From an uncultured Planctomycetota bacterium (GTDB lineage Bacteria; Planctomycetota; Phycisphaerae; Tepidisphaerales; Tepidisphaeraceae): DNA of 64,000 bases. The DNA lies in contig CAWJEN010000005.1 of the NCBI GenBank assembly GCA_963841915.1, forward strand, positions 1,024,001-1,088,000, in the 5' to 3' direction. A program made the position numbers and the translations under genes. Of this stretch, positions 60,973 through 64,000 are shown piece after piece. The notes beneath the pieces are model-generated. The model was not told where the DNA came from. It saw only the letters and a list, made by a program, of their open reading frames with translations, and ran no database searches. How positions within the stretch are numbered: the stretch's first letter is position 1; each line of letters opens with the position of its first letter.

Positions 60973-62145
60973 TCAGCGCAGGGCAGGGACGCCGGCGGCA
61001 AGGCCGAGCGCTTGCGACCACGCGGTCGCGTTGCATCCGTCAGGCAGCGTGTTGTCTCCGGTGAGGCGGCAGGCGAAGTCGCCGACCTGCGCCGCTACGC
61101 CAACGCGTTTGGCTACTTCGCGACACAGGCCCTGGTCGGCCGCACCACCGCCGAAGAAGACGAGCCGTTCGATCGGCTTGCTCGCAAACGTCGCGTCGTG
61201 ATACTGCCGGCAACGGGTCAGCTCACCGGCCAACTGCGTTGCAAAGCGGGCGATAGTCGCGTCGCCTTGGTCAGCCTCTGGACGTTCCTCGTGCCGACGC
61301 ATTGCAGCGCCGAGCATTGCAAAGCCTTCACCTTCAGGCGCTTTGGGCTCAGCAGGTCGCGGATCGGCCACCACGCTCCGGCGACGCTTGACCTCGTGCA
61401 GGTCGCACAATTCGGCCTCGGCCATGGCGGCGTAGATGGATTCGATGCCGATGTCGATCGGCCGGGCAAACGTCATCTCGTTGCCACGCGTCACAAAGAC
61501 ACGGGACGATCGGCGGCCAAGGTCGACACACGCAAAGGTCGTCGTTTGATCGTTTGCGCGGTTGTAGAACCGCTCGAAGCCGGCACGCATTGCCAGCGGC
61601 GCGGCGCGAAGGCCGGTCGGCTCGAGCTTGACCTTCTCCACAGCCGCCAGCACCGCCTCTACATCGCCGCGACGAGCGGCAGAGACGAGCACTTCTAACC
61701 GCGGGCCATCCTTCGTGTGAACTTCACCGGCGACCTCGTGGCGAAGTAGCGCCCGCGACGTATCGATCGGAAGCTTGTCGGCGGCCTCGAACTTGACAGC
61801 GTCGCTCAGGTGCTCGGTGTCGAGCTTCGGGAGCCGAAGCGTCGCCCAGTACACCCGCGAAGACGGCAGCGACAGCACGACCTGCTTCCCGGAGAACGGA
61901 CCGGCCGTCGCTTCACGCAGCAGATCGGGAAGTTGCCGAATGTACGCGTCGAAGTCGTCGGCGGCATGCGGGGCGACCTCTGCCGACCCACAGGCGACGA
62001 GCGCTGAGCCGTTAGGTGTTCCAACCACCTGGGCGGCGCGGACGGCATCACTGCCGAGGTCAATCGCGATGGGTCCAGCATTGCTGCCGCGTGAGCGGGC
62101 AAAGGCGGGTCGAGCCGATTTGAAGGTGCTGAGCAGGCCGAGCAT
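60973..62145 (-). CDS. pilM: Type IV pilus protein PilM
   Basis: IAIDLG...VR, VDLG, FAR.I.IG, GGGA, ALGLA actin-like motifs. Confidence 0.85.
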   Translation of the reverse strand: MLGLLSTFKSARPAFARSRGSNAGPIAIDLGSDAVRAAQVVGTPNGSALVACGSAEVAPHAADDFDAYIRQLPDLLREATAGPFSGKQVVLSLPSSRVYWATLRLPKLDTEHLSDAVKFEAADKLPIDTSRALLRHEVAGEVHTKDGPRLEVLVSAARRGDVEAVLAAVEKVKLEPTGLRAAPLAMRAGFERFYNRANDQTTTFACVDLGRRSSRVFVTRGNEMTFARPIDIGIESIYAAMAEAELCDLHEVKRRRSVVADPRPAEPKAPEGEGFAMLGAAMRRHEERPEADQGDATIARFATQLAGELTRCRQYHDATFASKPIERLVFFGGGAADQGLCREVAKRVGVAAQVGDFACRLTGDNTLPDGCNATAWSQALGLAAGVPALR

Positions 62146-62253
62146 GATGCGTGTTCCTCTGGTGCGTGCCGAACATGGCACGCCACCACTGGGAACTACG
62201 TTTCATCGGCAGTTGAGGCAAGCCTGTAAAGCTGGATAAGCTCGCACTTCACC

Positions 62254-63486
62254 TCAGTCGTCATCGTGCACGCCCAAGCCAACGGTTTCGCCCGCACTCA
62301 TCAGCTCAGATGCGACTGCGTCGGCAACGATAAGTCCCATATTCGAGAGGCAGATGAACACTTCGTCCCTCTCCAAGAGTCCCTGTGACACCAGATCGCC
62401 CAACCGGCTCCCGAATGCCTCCAACGGGGAGCATCCGATCCGACGCTGGAAGTCTGCCACGTCGATGCCGCGCGTCGTCCGTAAGTTGAGCCAGGCAAGC
62501 TCTGCCGCCCGCTCAGGCATTGTCAGCCGCTCGACATCGATCGCTGCATGACCGGCGACTTCGACGGCCCGCTCCCACTTGCCCAGATGCGGCGTGTTTC
62601 GCCACCGGGTCCCGGCAAGATGACTGGCTGCCGACGGACCCAGGCCCAGGTAGTTGTCGCCGTGCCAGTAGGCGAGGTTGTGCCGGCTCTCACAGCCGGG
62701 GCGGGCGAAGTTGCTGATCTCGTACGCCGGCATTCCGGCCGTTGCGAGTCGGTCCCGTATGTGCCTGAACATCGCCACCTCGTCGTCTTCGGGTGTGGCG
62801 ACAACGCGACCTAGCCGCCTCCGCACCGCCAGCGGCGTGTTGGGCTCGTACGTCAGGCCGTAGCAACTCAGGTGCTCCACGTCGAGCGACAGGGCGGCGT
62901 CGAGGCTGCGGTCGAGGGACGCAAGCGTCTGCCCGGGGATCGCATAGATCAGGTCAAGACTTTGTCGTGGGATGCCCGCCCGTCGCGCCGCCTCAACAGC
63001 CGCCGGTACATCGACGCCGCGGTGGTCGCGTTCCAGTGCATTCAGCTCGGCGGCGTCGAAAGACTGGGCGCCGAAGCTCACGCGATGCATGCTGTGCTTC
63101 GCGAGCGTGTCGAAGTAGGCGTCGCTGGCGCTGCCCGGGTTGGTTTCGATTGTCCATTCGATCACGCCCGAAAGATCGAGGCGATCCCGCAGGCCGCTCA
63201 GCAGTCGATCCATCTCGATCGGCGGTAGCAGGCTCGGCGTTCCACCGCCGAAGAAGACGGTGGTGAATCGAGCCTCGCTGTCTACCCAGCAATCGGCCTC
63301 GGCAAGAACGAGGTCGACAAACCGTCGCATGCGGTCTTCGGTCTGCCGCGTGATGCTGTAGAAGTCGCAGTAGTGGCATTTGTGCGAGCAGAACGGCACA
63401 TGCACGTACAACGCCTCGAACGGTTCGTTCGGCAGATCGCCTAGGTCGAAATCTTGGGCCGTCTCACGGACCGGCAGGGCAGGCAC
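62254..63486 (-). CDS. hemW: Radical SAM heme chaperone HemW (HemN-like)
   Basis: LYVHVPFC..KC.YCDF, GGGTPS, YEISNFA, HN..YW...YLGLGPSA.S. Confidence 0.9.
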   Translation of the reverse strand: MPALPVRETAQDFDLGDLPNEPFEALYVHVPFCSHKCHYCDFYSITRQTEDRMRRFVDLVLAEADCWVDSEARFTTVFFGGGTPSLLPPIEMDRLLSGLRDRLDLSGVIEWTIETNPGSASDAYFDTLAKHSMHRVSFGAQSFDAAELNALERDHRGVDVPAAVEAARRAGIPRQSLDLIYAIPGQTLASLDRSLDAALSLDVEHLSCYGLTYEPNTPLAVRRRLGRVVATPEDDEVAMFRHIRDRLATAGMPAYEISNFARPGCESRHNLAYWHGDNYLGLGPSAASHLAGTRWRNTPHLGKWERAVEVAGHAAIDVERLTMPERAAELAWLNLRTTRGIDVADFQRRIGCSPLEAFGSRLGDLVSQGLLERDEVFICLSNMGLIVADAVASELMSAGETVGLGVHDDD

Positions 63487-63494
63487 GCGACAGC

Positions 63495-64000
63495 TTACGT
63501 AGAAGGATTGCCGCCGAAGACGGTCGGCTTGAGCACGACGATGTCGGGCAGGTTGCGGTACAGGCTGTCGTAGTCGAGGCCATACCCGACGACGAACTCG
63601 TCGGGCACTTCAAAACCGACGTAATCGGCCTCGATGGCGGGTGCGTCGGGCAACTGCTTCTTGAGCAGCACGCAGGTCCGCACGCTTGCCGCGCCAAGGT
63701 CACGCACGATCGGCACGACCGCAGCCAGCGTGCGCCCACTGTCGAGAATGTCATCGACCAGAACGACGTGACGCCCTTCGACGTGCCCGAGTTGACGGCC
63801 CAACACGTCGACGCCCTGACTGCGGATGCTCGTGCCGGGATAGCTGCTGACAGCGAGCAGATTGATCTTGATCGGCAGTGGAATTGCCCGGATCAGATCG
63901 GCGGCGAAGACCAGTGCGCCGGTCAGGATGGGAACAATGGTCACCTCGGCCTCGTCGCCCAGCACGTCGGGCGCGTGATCCTTTGTTACCGCGGCTGCAA
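63495..64000 (-). CDS. hpt: Hypoxanthine phosphoribosyltransferase (5' end outside the window)
   Basis: IL.GA..F.ADL, VSSY, LVDDILDSG.TL, FVVGYGLDY...YRNLP; the frame stays open to the window edge. Confidence 0.93.
   Translation of the reverse strand, partial: AAAVTKDHAPDVLGDEAEVTIVPILTGALVFAADLIRAIPLPIKINLLAVSSYPGTSIRSQGVDVLGRQLGHVEGRHVVLVDDILDSGRTLAAVVPIVRDLGAASVRTCVLLKKQLPDAPAIEADYVGFEVPDEFVVGYGLDYDSLYRNLPDIVVLKPTVFGGNPST

Overview
High-GC (about 65%) bacterial chromosomal segment, most likely Planctomycetota/Phycisphaerae. This is an inference from the PEP-CTERM proteins, a prepilin/H-X9-DG-type protein, TIGR03790, an orphan mraZ and a planctomycete-style type IV pilus cluster. 1-13 kb is a polysaccharide-utilisation-like locus: BNR beta-propeller, two PEP-CTERM proteins, ADP-ribosylglycohydrolase-fold enzyme, GntR/LacI regulator, sulfatase, REP-like palindromes, prepilin-type protein and GH38. 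13-47 kb is mostly housekeeping and envelope genes (DEDDh-WYL fusion, GT2/GT4, mraZ, AAA+ ATPase, DnaJ-class chaperone, gnd, ECF sigma, panB, degP-like, RegA/RegB-type pair, two parS sites, folD, HIT, HU, bamA-skp-lpxD, VWA). 47-62 kb is a type IV pilus cluster interrupted by wzm/wzt and a pyruvyl transferase, followed by hemW and hpt. The most striking unexplained feature is a roughly 1.07-kb non-coding region directly downstream of mraZ, where rsmH usually lies. It carries about 11 strand-specific ANGGA motifs, many in hairpin loops, and is a candidate CsrA-sponge RNA. Several single-base frameshifts in short runs suggest assembly indel errors. No tRNA, rRNA, CRISPR array or transposase was recognised.
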